Source: Octopus sinensis
Lineage: Eukaryota
Assembly (NCBI RefSeq): GCF_006345805.1
Contig: NC_042997.1
Coordinates: 202,926,001-202,990,000 of the forward strand
Reading direction: 5' to 3'
Length of the DNA stretch: 64,000 nt
Below are positions 1 through 12,384 of the stretch, in pieces. A program made the position numbers and the translations under genes. The notes under the pieces are model-generated. The model ran no database searches. It saw only the letters and a program-made list of their open reading frames with translations, and was not told the origin of the DNA. The number at the start of each line of letters is the position of its first letter. Position 1 is the stretch's first letter.

Positions 1-2400
1 CAACTGAATAGTATGACACATTTTCAAATGAATGAATGTTACCCCCCCTCTCCCCCACTTCTATTGTTTACCACATTTCTGTCACTAACACTTTTGATAT
101 TTGTGACTGCTTCTCCACTGCAGTTACTGCTAAATTATTTTCTCTTATTTTGAACTATAAATTATTTTTCTCACTTAGGAGATACAGATAAAAGGTAAAT
201 GTTGAAAAGTTGTATTCTATTTTGATTGCAAATATTATTGTATCTCACCTTTTGAAACCATTGGCTCACAGCTGATAATAAGGTTTATAAGTTTGTAATT
301 ATGCAATCTGGAAAGTTTGATATCAATACCAGGATGTACACAACATTTCTTCGAGGTAGGTTTTCAAATCCGTAGTCCAAATAGCTATACAAATTTGTTT
401 CATTATATCCCAGTTTTCATATTCTTTCTATTTCATGTATTTTGTAATATTAGTTTCTTTTTATTCAGAGAATTTTTTGGTTACTTTCAGTCTAAAAGGA
501 ATTATTTTTAATGAATTAAAAAAAAAACCAGTAATGAAAACAAAATTTTTAATGTGGTTGTTATGTATAAATAATTTTTTCTTTTACTGCATTAAGAAAG
601 AATATTAATTGTACATAGAAGTAATTTGATATTAAATAGCTATTTAGTGCTTTTCATTATTCACTTAATTGTTAATGTGATCATTTTGGATCTGGGTATC
701 ATAATTATTTTGGGTCTATATTTTATGAACCCATTTAAAGAGTACATTTTATTTAGAACCCAAATTTTTTTTTTTTAGATATTCAAAAACAAAAACTTTG
801 CCATTATATATTTCCTCCTTACATTTTACCTGTAAGTTTATTTTGAGAAAAACAAAGGTGGAAAAAAACGCTTTATGTGATATGAAAATACAGATTTCTC
901 TTGCAATTCATTTGTTTCTATATATGAGTTAACAATCTGATAACAAAAACTAACGATGATTTTGAGTTATTTAAAGCATATGTAATGAAATTCTAAGTTA
1001 GTCATGTTTAGTATATAAGAAATTACCTGAGCCACAAAAAAAAAAAAAAAAATTGGCCCAGTACTTCCTATAAAAGTGGTTCATGTTAGGAAGAGTTTGA
1101 CATAGTTGTCTGGTTTTGGGATTCTGTCAACCCATCTAACCCATGCCAGCTTAGTGTATAGTTGTTAAATGAGGACAATGCTAATGTTAGATGATCCTGG
1201 GTTTGATCCTACTGTGCAGGAGCTGTGTGTGTGTGTGTGTGTGTGTGCATGCATGTGCCCATGTTCTCTCACTAAGCAGTTTACGATAAAATAAGTACCA
1301 AACTGAAATAAGCTGTAGGATTGTCATGATTGGCTAAAACCTTGTACCCCAATATAGCAAAAGAAAATATAATGATATGATTGTTTTAAAAATAATTACT
1401 GCTTTGTTAGTTTCTGAAAAAAAGAGAAAAGAAAAAAAAAAAGGAAAATTAAATTTGGAAGATTTATTTGAATGATCTCTGTTAGTCTGAATAGTGGGCC
1501 ACCCATTATGTGGTGGTAAGTTCTTGTTGGATTAACTAGAATATTTTTGTCTAGTCTTGATATTTCAAAGAAAAGCATTAATATCAGAATTAACAATGCT
1601 CTTTTTTTTTCTCTCACAACTCACAGGCTCACTGACTAATTTAGAAATCAATAATCATTTATCTTGATTAATAAAATATAAAAAGGCAACTTTTAAAATG
1701 AAAATAATGTGATGTTAATTTTGAAAAATAATCCAATGTTAATTTTTAAGATGTTCTAAAGGAGTTATTCACCACAAGTGCAACTTTTCCTATGATAATA
1801 TGAGAAATGGATGTAATAAGATATAATTCCCTTGTAAGTCATGATGGCTCACTTGGAGCAGAAGGGAGGGTTGGGATAGAGTGAATGAAATTGGTGTCAT
1901 TTTATGTGGAGCTTGAAAATGGGAAAGTTACTGTTAGGTGGTGAAACTATATGACAAGAGGGAGGTTGTATTAAACTGGGGCAGTTCTCTGAATGTAGAG
2001 ATTTGTGCTTGTAATATTTCATGTAGGGCTTAAGACAGACAGACATTCAGATACACATGAGCATGTACTCAGACACACATACACACACACAAATGATAAA
2101 GAGGGAAACAGACTCTTTTCAAAGGGTGTGTATGACATGTTTAGAAAAGTTAGTTGTTTACAGATATTCTACAAATTGCTTTCTCATAGTCATTATCATC
2201 AGCAATTAATCAATTAATTTAATCTTAATTATTCTTACTGTTACACAATTCTCACAGTAAGCAAAGATAGAATTGTAAATATTTATAAATATTTTAGATT
2301 AGTTATTGAAATATTAATCAATATTGCAATAAATAAAATTTCTCTCTCTCTCTGGCCATGATAAAATAGGTTGAACATACATACATACATACATATATAT

Positions 2401-2792
2401 ATCATCATCATCATCATTTAACATCTGTTTTCCATACTGGCATGGGTTGGACAGTTTGACTGAAGTCTGGAGAGCCGGCGGCTGCATCAGGCTCCAACCT
2501 GATCTGTCAGTGTTTCTACAGCTGGATGCCCTTCCTAACGCCAACCACTCCGAGAGTGTTGTAGGTGCTTTTTATGTACCACCAGCACAGGAGTTAGTCA
2601 GGTGGGCCGGGCATCGATCACGTTCAGATAGTGCTTATGTGCCACCAGCATGGGAGCCAGTCAGGGGGTACTGGTACCGGCCATGTTCAGATGGTGCCTT
2701 TTACATGTCACTGGCATGGAGCCGGTCAGGGGTACTGGTATTGATCACATTCGGATAGTGCTTTTTACATACCACTGGCACAGGAGCTAGTC
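2401..2792 (-). mobile_element. 5'-truncated RTE-clade LINE 3' end (3' UTR with internal tandem repeats and (GAT)n tail)
   Basis: Reverse complement of the 3' UTR that follows the RTE ORF at 14433-15239 (ggttggcgttaggaagggcatccagctgtagaaac ... ccatgccagcatgga ... ttaaatgatgatgat). Confidence 0.85.
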
Positions 2793-2924
2793 ATCTATAT
2801 ATATATATATATGAACTGTAAGTTTATTTCATGACTTGAGTTTTGCATCACTCATATTCAACATACATTAAGCGCTCTTCTCTCATTCATCTGACATCAA
2901 TCATGTGTATAAGTGTATAAATGC

Positions 2925-3250
2925 AAGGGCAGCTGAGTGATTGAGAAGTTTGTTATGTAACCATGAGGTCTTGCATTCAATGCCACTGTTGGGTATTTTA
3001 GGCAAGTGTCCTTTACCACAGCTCAGTCAGTTTAAAACCTCCCAAGTAAAATTGTGTCAGCAAAATTTGTAGAAGCCTCTCTGAAGGATTGTATCAACCT
3101 TGTCACACACTCTCACAGTAATTCTGCCTGAGTATTGTGTGAAATGCAAATGTCTGTGAAATACTCCGCCACTTGTACTATTATACAATGAGTAGGCACT
3201 TCAGTTGTTTTAACATTTGGAGTATTTGTTGAAACCAACAAAGGACCATT
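2925..3250 (+). mobile_element. Old tRNA-headed SINE, family C head with a third tail type
   Basis: Degenerate family C head (gagaagtttg...aaccatgaggtc...caatgccactg...ttaggcaagtgtc) followed by a tail unlike C1 or C2. Confidence 0.55.
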
Positions 3251-3394
3251 TTACATTTTCTAAACATACACACATATACACACATTCAATCTCTTGTACA
3301 GGGTTATTTAGAAGTCCCTTTAGCATTGAAACAATATATAAATTTTAATTTTCCTTTTGTTACAATTTTGATGTCAATATTTTTTGATGGAGTT

Positions 3395-4078
3395 CACCAA
3401 TGATTGTTTCTCAACCTCCTCTTATTTATCATGGTCCTCCAAGCCATAACAGGAATTTAAGACTGGATAACCTTGTTTTTATAGTTGAATTGCTACAAGA
3501 ATTAGAGTAGAAATTTCAGATGTGGAAGCAAGGTCTGGAATCGGGAAAACAGACAAATCATAGATCCCTTCAGGGAGAGAGCCCTGTTCGACATGTAAAA
3601 GAAAGGTGAAGGTAGAAATTCCATATGGTGTACCCTGTGCAAACTGTGAGTAGGCCCTCTCACTCAGACTGTCCCTCTTTCTTTCTCTCTAACTCTCTCC
3701 TTCCTCTCTTTTCCCACTGGGGTAGCCAAACATCTCCTCTACAGTAAGACATCTATCTGTACCCTCTTTTATACTCTTATGCTTTCACCTGGCACAAAGC
3801 TACTTTCTATGGTTCCACTCCCTATCCCAGCTGAGAGGTCTTTGTCTTGCAAGTTACTTGGTGACCCTGCTGATGTCAGTGCCACATAAACACCACCAAT
3901 GCTTGTGTCTCATCAAAAGCACCCACTACACTCTGTAAAATGGTTGGTGTTAGGAATGGTATCTAGCTGTAGAAACCATGCCAAAGCAGCCAATTGAACC
4001 TGGTGCAGCTCTCCAGTTTGCTAGTTCCTGTCAAAAACCATCCAACCCATGGAATGCAGACATTAAATGATGATGGTG
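3395..4078 (+). mobile_element. Decayed RTE LINE fragment: RT domain 4-5 remnant, Cys-rich post-RT region and 3' UTR/tail
   Basis: Broken frames read LLFIMVLQAIT, LQELE*KFQMWKQGLES, PSGREPCSTC and GEGRNSIWCTLCK, typical of RTE ORFs; ends in the gacattaaatgatgatgg tail. Confidence 0.6.
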
Positions 4079-4249
4079 AATGGAGAATTGTCTAGGGGAT
4101 CAGTTCGTGTTCTTTTTCTGGAACTTGTTTTTGAAGGTGAATTTTTTTGGTGAGGAAAGGAAATGGAAGCATTGTTGCCACTAACCACATTGGATTTGGG
4201 AGAAGTGAATAACTCATGTATTTGTGTTCAATGTTCAGGATGACCCTCA

Positions 4250-4420
4250 TCACCATCATCATCATTTTACATCTATTTTCCATGCTGGCATGGGTTAGAT
4301 GGATCATCATAGTCCAGTGCTTGTATGATTCATTTGGCTCAGGCTTTACAGCTGGATGCTCTTTCTATCACCAACAACTTTATGAAGTGTACTGTGTGCA
4401 TTTTCTTTTTACTCCAGTAC
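4250..4420 (-). mobile_element. Degenerate RTE-type 3' end
   Basis: catcatcatcattttacatctattttccatgctggcatgggtt...ctacagctggatgc matches the other RTE tails. Confidence 0.7.
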
Positions 4421-4964
4421 TGGTAACTTGGAATAACCCTCAGTGAATCAGGACTGTTGGGACCTTACAGCTCCTTACTTTCTCTGCTCATCTGCCAACA
4501 ACTGTACAGGGTGCATCAGCACTAGAGAGGTTCTGATGATCACTCGTTCCTCTAAATGTGACATGATTTAGTTGCTTTCAGTTGTGTCACCAGCACTAGT
4601 GATAGGATGAGAGGTTCAGATTGTGTCCCTCTAACAGCATGCTTCCATTTGGAAATCTTTTCCATTAGTGTCTTCTTACAAATTAGTAGCAGTCCTCAAA
4701 TCAAAAGTAGTGTATTGATTGACTCAGGGGCCAGAAGCAACTTAAACTTTACTTCTCCCAAAGTCCACGTAGTCTTGAATATATCCAGTGTTGTTAATGT
4801 TTTCTGTAGCCATATGTTTCTAAGATTTGTAGCATACTGATTAAATATTTTCTTAATGTTTAACAGTTATTATTACATCATTATTTAATCCTTTACTAGT
4901 TCAGTTACCTACACTGGAACATCATATCATTTATTATTTATATCGTTTATATTATAAACAATAT

Positions 4965-5315
4965 AGGTATTGTTTTCAGTCGTGCTTATTTGTTTTTTGT
5001 TTTTTTTTGTGGATAAGATATCTCAAGAACCGCTGGATGGATTCAGATGAAATTTTCAGGGATGTTTGACCTCGTGACTGGCATGAACTGATTGGATTTT
5101 GGGGTCAATCTTGTATTAGACAAGGATTCTGGATTATTTTTCCTGTTTTTTTACTTAATTTTTGAGAGCAGTTGGACTCATTTTTAGTATTCTCATTTGT
5201 GAGAGCAGTTGAGTTTATTTCAGATATTCTCATTTTAAAAACCATCTCTGGCTAATCATTGAGAGGATGTTGGTGTTGCCTCTCCAAAGGTTTGCACTCT
5301 CTGAGTGCTCTTGTT
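4965..5315 (+). mobile_element. Non-autonomous Helitron/Helentron-type element (HINE/DINE-1-like)
   Basis: 3' hairpin GCACTC-TCT-GAGTGC (5294-5308) then tcttgtt; body motifs ggatggattcagatgaaattttc and ggattttggggtcaatc; internal ~37-bp tandem duplication at ~5160-5236. Family assignment is from recalled motif similarity. Confidence 0.55.
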
Positions 5316-6725
5316 TATATTTGTTATAATTTAGATTAAATTTTATGACCCAATATGAAGATTATAGTAGTAGTCTTGAAAATACTATTTTTAATAAAAT
5401 ATATAAATATTTTAATGTGAATCCCAAAATAATTGATCTTTTTGCCAATAGTACAAAAATATAAAAATCTATAATTGAGGTAATTTCCTTAGAAATATCA
5501 ATATTGGACAAACTGTTTCCAGAACTTCTAATTGGAATTAGGTTTGTTTTGACTATGTACTGGCATTCAAGAATTTTTTTTGATATAACTTGAGTGTTGC
5601 AAAGTAATTTGAATTAAAAAGTCAGACAATTTATACAATTTCCAATGTTCTGATACATATTTTTTAATACAGTTATTAGAGATCAGCTAAGTCTATGTAA
5701 GTTCATGGATTTTTCTAAATCTCATTGAGGAAATAATTACAGATGCATTATGTGGATAAAAACTCATTAGTTTATGGCCTGTTTCATTTGGATGTTTGAA
5801 TAACATTCTGAAATTATATGTATGTTACATATGCTTACACACTTATCATATAGAACATATTCCTGGTGTATGATTTACATAAGATTACAAAACACTGAAA
5901 ACAATTTAAATAGTAGTATGAATATAAAAATCTTGTTTGTAATGCTGGACTAATAGATTTGGGTGCAACCATGTCTGGCTATATGTAGACATATGAAAGG
6001 TATTTCTTTCTTTCAGTTTTTTCTTCTTTTTCCATTTTTAAGAATGGAATATATGATGTGAGATGGGGCGGTGTATTGATTTCTACCACATTGTAAGTTA
6101 AGAAATAAAAAATTTTCTCATAAATGTAAAATATTTAAGGAAATTGGTATGAGGAATGAATGCCAACAATATAGTATGAAAGTATTTTTTTTAAAGGGAT
6201 GATATATAACTGAAGTGTTAAAAGTGGATTCTTTTGACTTGTATCTATGAAGTGAAATAGTTTTTTTTCTATTTTCAAGTGGCATCTATTATCAGACATG
6301 GTTACTTTGACATAATTGTACAGAGCTAAAGTGAGAAAAAAACAAAACAAAACAAAAATTACTAAGATGGTAGCTAAGTGCCAGACAACTAATTTATAAC
6401 TTTGACAGTAAGCTAGAGATAAGTTTATTTTTTGGGGGGCAAACCCAACTGGAAAATGCATTTCATTCATACATTTTTAGAAATTATATACCCACAATCT
6501 TTTTTTATATTTTTCTAGGGAATTAAGATGTTTTGCATTTTTAAACTGTTTTACACACATTTTTTTCTTTGCTAGCATGGGTGAGATGTTTCTTTACTTT
6601 AAATTTGGATAGTTGCCTGTTTGAACTTGAATTTTTTTTTTTCAATAACTAGATGTTACAATAATTGAAAGGTTAAGGTGTTCCGTATATCTTTACGTAT
6701 TACCAATTTTTAATCATTGTAAACA

Positions 6726-7110
6726 GGTGTAGCCATGGCTGTGTGCTTAAAAAGTTTGCTTCCTGCCCACATGGTTTTGGGTTCAGTCCTACTTTGTGGT
6801 ACATTCAGAGGATGTCTTCTACTGTAGCCTTGAGCTGATCAAAGTCTTGTGAGTGGATTTGTTAGAGGAAAACTAAAAGAAGCCTGTTGTGTGTGTGTCT
6901 CCTTCTCTTGACACTGCATGATAATTATGAGTGTCATTGTCATACAAGTGGTGATGTTTCCAATCTTCTGTGAAAGCATGACTGGTCTTGGGAAAATATT
7001 ACCTTGCATGGAACAGGTGATGGTTAGCAAAAGGAAGAGCACCTGGCTACCAAAAATCTATCTCTGAATTCTGCAAGCATGGAAATATGGACATGAAAAT
7101 AATGATGATA
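6726..7110 (+). mobile_element. tRNA-headed SINE, family C with tail C2 (RTE-like 3' end)
   Basis: A-box-like TGGCTGTGTG, B-box-like GGTTCAGTCC, shared body (ctactgtagcc...gtggatttg...aactaaaagaagcc), (GT)n, then tail ending ggaaatatggacatgaaaataatgatg. Confidence 0.8.
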
Positions 7111-9744
7111 TAAACAAACAATATTCAAATATTGTATCTAAGTAAGAAGACAGTTCTCATTTCAGTATAGATATTATACTGCTCACATATATAAAACTCT
7201 GCACTCACAGTCACCAAGCATGTGTCTCTCTTTTAACCTATCAACTTTATTAGGTCTCACCTTACAGATCATGCATTATATGCTCCTTTCTTTCTCTTTA
7301 TTACTGAAGCCTGTTAGAATCTCTCTCCCCTCCCACACAATGTTTTAAAACATTCAAATTGAGCATCAATTCCGTTAATTCAGTATTCTTGGAGAGTCTG
7401 AAAAAGTTATAATTACTGACCATCTCCAACTATCTTGTAAGAAAAAAAAAGTACGACAATTTAAAACAGCTTTGCTTACATAATGTATTTCTACTTGGTA
7501 ACAGGCAAATATGTAGTGTGTACTCGTGAAAATAATTTTATTTGCACTTTTCTGTGTCCCTATTTGATAGCCCTATAGCTTGATGATGATAATGAGTACA
7601 CCAGAATGTTTCTAACCACGCACATACACACATATCAGATTACTACCATTGTATATTTATGATAATTAATATTATGAACATTGGGTGTAGCAAGCTTTTT
7701 AACAATGAGCCAATGTCCTATACAATTTCATTTTATATGTCATTGCCTTTAGTAATTTCCTTCAAAATTTAACATGGCGACCTTAAACCATGCAAATATC
7801 TGAAAAGTTGGATATGGATAATCTTCTGTACAAAATTAACTTCTGTTTGATTAACATAATCTGCTGTTTCTATTTTTTTTTTTGTTTTGTTTTGTAAAAT
7901 GATATTTAGTATATGGCGCTATATGAACACAAACATACATATACATGCATGTGCACGTATATCATATATGCTATGGTTGTGTGCATGAGTGATAAAGTAC
8001 AAATGAGATAAGGGAAACTGTATATAAGATGAATCAGATATAGTGTGCAAGAGAGAAAACCATATTGATACAAACGTGATATATGGAGGATGACACTTGT
8101 ATAAAGAAATGCTGCCATCACTACCTCCCTTCCATCACTCCATCTCTATCTTTTATCACTCTCTCCAACATTGTCACTTCTATTATTCCTTCTTCTATCA
8201 TCTTCCCACCTCAATCACTCTGCTTCTTCCATCATATTCACAAACTCTTAACCTTGTTCATTTGATTTGTAGGCCCGAATCAGCTCCAGTCAAGCACACC
8301 TATCAACACATAGGTAGTTAACTGAGTGACTAGGTTGATCACTTATTGTAAATATACCATATCTACTCTACTTAGTTGACAACCATGTTACACAATCCAA
8401 TATGCATTGATTAATCATATGGGCAACAGTCTGGCCATGTTGTGCAATCTCCACTGACCAGGTTATCTCTGTATGTTTGCAGGTTCTGGTGTTAGCCACA
8501 ACAATGAGATGAAATCAAAGCACATCAGTTACTGTTCCTCTTGCACTGGATAATGAATTTTATAGATGGTTTGTAGAAGATTTATTCAGGATAATGAATT
8601 TTATAGAGAGTTTGTAAAGAAAGGAAAAATGAATTCTGTTTTGTGAATTATTGCCATTGGACTGTGTAGGTTCTATTGATAGTAAAAGTCTGATAAAGGC
8701 TCTGTCAGTTATAGCTGTAGGTTAACCATGCTTGGGAAAAAAGTTATGTATTTTCTTTGATTTTGAAATAGGATGCTATAACCTATTGCGCAATGTTCAC
8801 AGGCTAAGATACGTTGCTAAGTTTCTCTGAAGTTTCATAACTAAACCATAGTAACATCTCTGTTTCACGGCTGACTGCTTAGTAGAGAGGGCGTCATAGA
8901 TTATAAACACTTGTTCAGGTCTAAATTTGCAAAAGAATCATAATGGCTTTAAAAAAAAATGGGTACAAAACAAGTTTTTAAAAAAAATTTTCAAAGCATT
9001 TCCATTATTTTTGGTTATCACCAGAGAAATAACATTTAGAAGTAACATTTAAAGCCATTTACAGTATAACTTGTTTGGCAAAATAAACAATTCTTTCTAC
9101 TTGATGAAACTGAAAGAACTGAAAATATCACTGATTTCAAAGATGCTGCTGTATATGGCAAGTCATGTTTAGAAATTTATTAATGACATCAAATCCTTAC
9201 TGCTTGAATAAGCATAACCATATATAATTATTGAGGATATGAAACAAAGTAAAATGTCTGTAACCCTTTTGATACCAATCCACCCAAGATTGTCACTGGT
9301 TCTATGATGCGAACTGAATTAAACTTTCCATAAAATTGTTCCAAACACCAGCCACTTTACTAAATTCAGTAAAACTAGTGGGACCTGTGGAAATTCCACA
9401 CAATGGAAAAAATTAAGAGGACTTATTTAAGAGAGAAAGGATGGTTTACATTTTTATAGCATTCATAGTTTAGTTTTCTTGACGTTCATCTACATTCATT
9501 TCCTCATGTCTCGTTAGTGCTGTCTTTTTCCTCTTATACTTTTTTGCTGTTCCTCTCAGATCCATGCTCTATATCTGTGCATCTTTTCTTGGACAGCTTG
9601 CAACTGTGTTTCTTGTGAATCCAGAGTTTAGGCTAAATTAACCCTTATAAACAAATATCAGTCTTTTAAGTGAGCAGATGATAAACAGTTGCGCTTATGC
9701 ACATGCTTTAAGCGATGGTTACTATAAAAAAAATATTAATGCAG

Positions 9745-10080
9745 TTTTATATTTAAGAGATGAGGAATTATGTACATTATTTACAATTGACGGACATTTG
9801 TCCTCATTTTGTTTGTTGTTAACACCACGTTTTGGCTGATATACCCTCCAGCCTTCATCAGGCATATGGCGTAGTGGTTAAGAGCACAGGCTACTAACCC
9901 CAGATTACAAGTTCGATTCCAAGCAGTGACCTGAATAATAATAATAATAATAATAACGACAACATTGAAAAATACCTCAGGAATGAGAACCCAGAAGGCT
10001 GGAGGGTATATCAGCTGAAACGTGTTAACAACAAAGATGAGGACAAATATCTGTCAATTGTAAATAATGTAAATAAAAAA
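9745..10080 (+). mobile_element. tRNA-headed element with (AAT)n spacer and Penelope/hammerhead-like tail, preceded by an inverted copy of its own tail
   Basis: A-box TGGCGTAGTGG 9867-9877, B-box AGTTCGATTCC 9910-9920, (AAT)n ~9934-9956; inverted arms 9773-9856 and 9994-10071; CTGATGA-A-GGCTG-loop-CAGCC-(G/A)AAAC motif in the arms. Confidence 0.8.
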
Positions 10081-10613
10081 AATTTAGCTCAATAAAAAAA
10101 AACATTTCACTATCAGCATACCACCACCACTATCTGCCTTTCTCTCCCTCTCTTTCTCTCTCTCTCAATATAACTGCTTCCCCTGTCCATCTCTATCTAT
10201 CTTTCCCTTCAGCTAACTTTTTAACCATGTAAGTATTCCTTCCTCCCTTGCCCTTACATCATTAATACTGCTCCCTCTCTCTTTTCTTTCTCATCTTTTT
10301 CTCCTGTTCTTTGCCCCTACTTTCAGCTGACCATTGACCATGTGAACATTTGGCCTAAGTGTATTAATATTAATCACCTTTCTCTACTTCTTCCTCTCCT
10401 CTTTCTTCACTCCTCCCTCTCACTCCATCTCTTACTCACTCCACCTCCACAATTAACTAATGTATAACAAACAAGCAGATTATTATATAGATGACAGCCA
10501 TTTTACTAAATTCTTCATTATCTTCAAAACTAATTGAAACAAAGAACAAAGGCAGTGTATTTCAACAGAAATATGATGAAAGGATTAAAATCATTTGCAA
10601 AGATGAAACTGTA

Positions 10614-10990
10614 ATCATCATCATTTACTGCCCATTGGCCTTGCTGACATGGGTTGGACGGTTTGACCAGGGTTGGTAAGCTAAGGGCCTGCACCAGACT
10701 CCAGTCTGATTTCGTGTGGTTTCTATGGCTGGATGCCCTTCTTAGTGCCAGCCACTCTGAGAGTGTAAAAAACAGAGGAAGTGTGACTGATGTTGGTGTT
10801 GTGTAACTAGCATGCCAATGGCATGTAAAAAACACCTTTCGAGTGCTGGGCCTCATGGAAGCAATGACAAATGACTGAGACTTTTGGCAATATGCTGTAC
10901 TTGAAAAGACCCATCAAGCCAAGTGAAATCATAGTTGTGGTAAATGCTGGTGTCATGTGACTAGAACCTGTGCCCGTGGCATGTAAAAGC
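10614..10990. mobile_element. Rearranged RTE 3' region: terminal part on - (10614-10768) abutting an ORF-end/UTR segment on + (10783-10990)
   Basis: Left part is the reverse complement of the RTE tail. Right part reads forward ctgggcctcatggaagcaatgac...aagccaagtgaaatc, as in + strand copies at 14660 and 30220. Confidence 0.75.
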
Positions 10991-11011
10991 ATGCCTCACC
11001 AACCACTCTTC

Positions 11012-11520
11012 TTTCCCTAGTCAACAAAAGCCAAGTACAGAGGTTTATCTTTGGCTAGGTATTTCTTCTGCAGCTGCCTTACCAGAAATATAGCATCAGT
11101 GGTGCTTCACTCTGGCACAAAACCAAATTGCATCTCATCTAGACTAACTTTCTCCCTAATTAGTTGGGCTATGACCCTCTTTGTGATTTTCATCACCTGA
11201 TCCAACAACTTGATACTTCTGTAATTATTTCTATCTAAGGTGTCACCTTTACCTTTGTAGCAGTTGACTATGGTGCTGTTACACCAGTCATTGGGTATGA
11301 CTCCTTTGTGCACCATCTGATTAACTATACATGTGACTAGACCATAACCTATGCCACCAGATATTTTAAGCATCTCAGTGGTGTTTCCTGGTGGGCTGGG
11401 GGATTTCCCTGTCTTCATATCCTTAATTGCTTTATCTGCCAAAGTACTGTCAATTCAGATAGCTGGTCCTTCAGTCTGGTCAACATTTGGCAGATTCTCA
11501 TTCTCCCATTCATTCTCTTG
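11012..11520 (-). mobile_element. RTE LINE reverse-transcriptase fragment (domains 0-2), pseudogenic
   Basis: ORF 11107-11442: KAIKDMKTGKSP...IPNDWCNSTIVNCYKGKGDTLDRNNYRSIKLL...QFGFVP. Continues past a stop as STTDAIFLVRQLQKKYLAKDKPLYLAFVD*. Confidence 0.9.
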
Positions 11521-12221
11521 AACATACCAAACCCTATAATTAATAATTTTATTCTGTTTCTCTTTTTATAACAAATTATATTTGGATTAATGTACAGGAT
11601 GATATTAAACATACATTTAAAATATTTGTTCTTTTGGTGTAGGATTGAAATTATTTGGAATTTATTTTGTTAAACAAATCAATAGAAAAATGATTAAGTA
11701 TTATCTGAAGTTTGAAGTAATTTTGAAACTTTTTCCAATTATATAGTTATCTTGCTCTATAAAATTGACCGTTGAATTTATATTATTTTTCGGTTAAATT
11801 ACTTTTATCAATTTTCAGTCTGTAATTATAGATTAGTGATACTATTTCATGTTAGAATTACTGATTTCTGTCTTAGCTGCAAATTGAATTTTTGTAAACT
11901 GAAGAATATAGTCAATTGAATCGACCTTTCAATGGCAGATTGAATTTGTTGCCCAGTTTAACACCATCACCTGGAACATTGTGTGCCTTTAACAATGTCC
12001 ACTCTGTTGTGAGTATTTGGGCTAGGTCTTGGGTTTGAGGATATCTTCCTCCTCCTTCTCACCAGTCTTGGAGGCCGTGTAAAGAATCATACCAGTGCCT
12101 TCCCTCCTGACTGAAAGAAAAATGAAAATCTTTATTTTAGAAGGGTGAAACTGGATTTTATGATCACAAGATTTGAATTTGGAATATGATTGGATGAAAT
12201 AGGTATAGGTTTATGCTATAG

Positions 12222-12353
12222 GCCCAGATGTGGCTGTGTGGTTGAGAGGTTTGCTTCCCAACCACATGGCTGCTTGGGCTAGTATCTTCTACTACAGCCC
12301 TGGCTTAATCAAAGCTTTGAATGGATTTGGTAGACAGAAACTGAAAGAAACCT

Positions 12354-12384
<31 letters not shown>

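Noticed and set aside
8483-8527. 45-nt phase 1-1 candidate upstream exon (SGVSHNNEMKSKHI)
   Set aside because: Reasonable acceptor and a compatible frame, but a poor donor (gttact) and no homology support.
9861-9931. Functional tRNA gene
   Set aside because: A and B boxes are present but the acceptor stem does not pair (GGCATAT vs CAGTGAC), and the sequence runs into a repeat tail. It is an element head.
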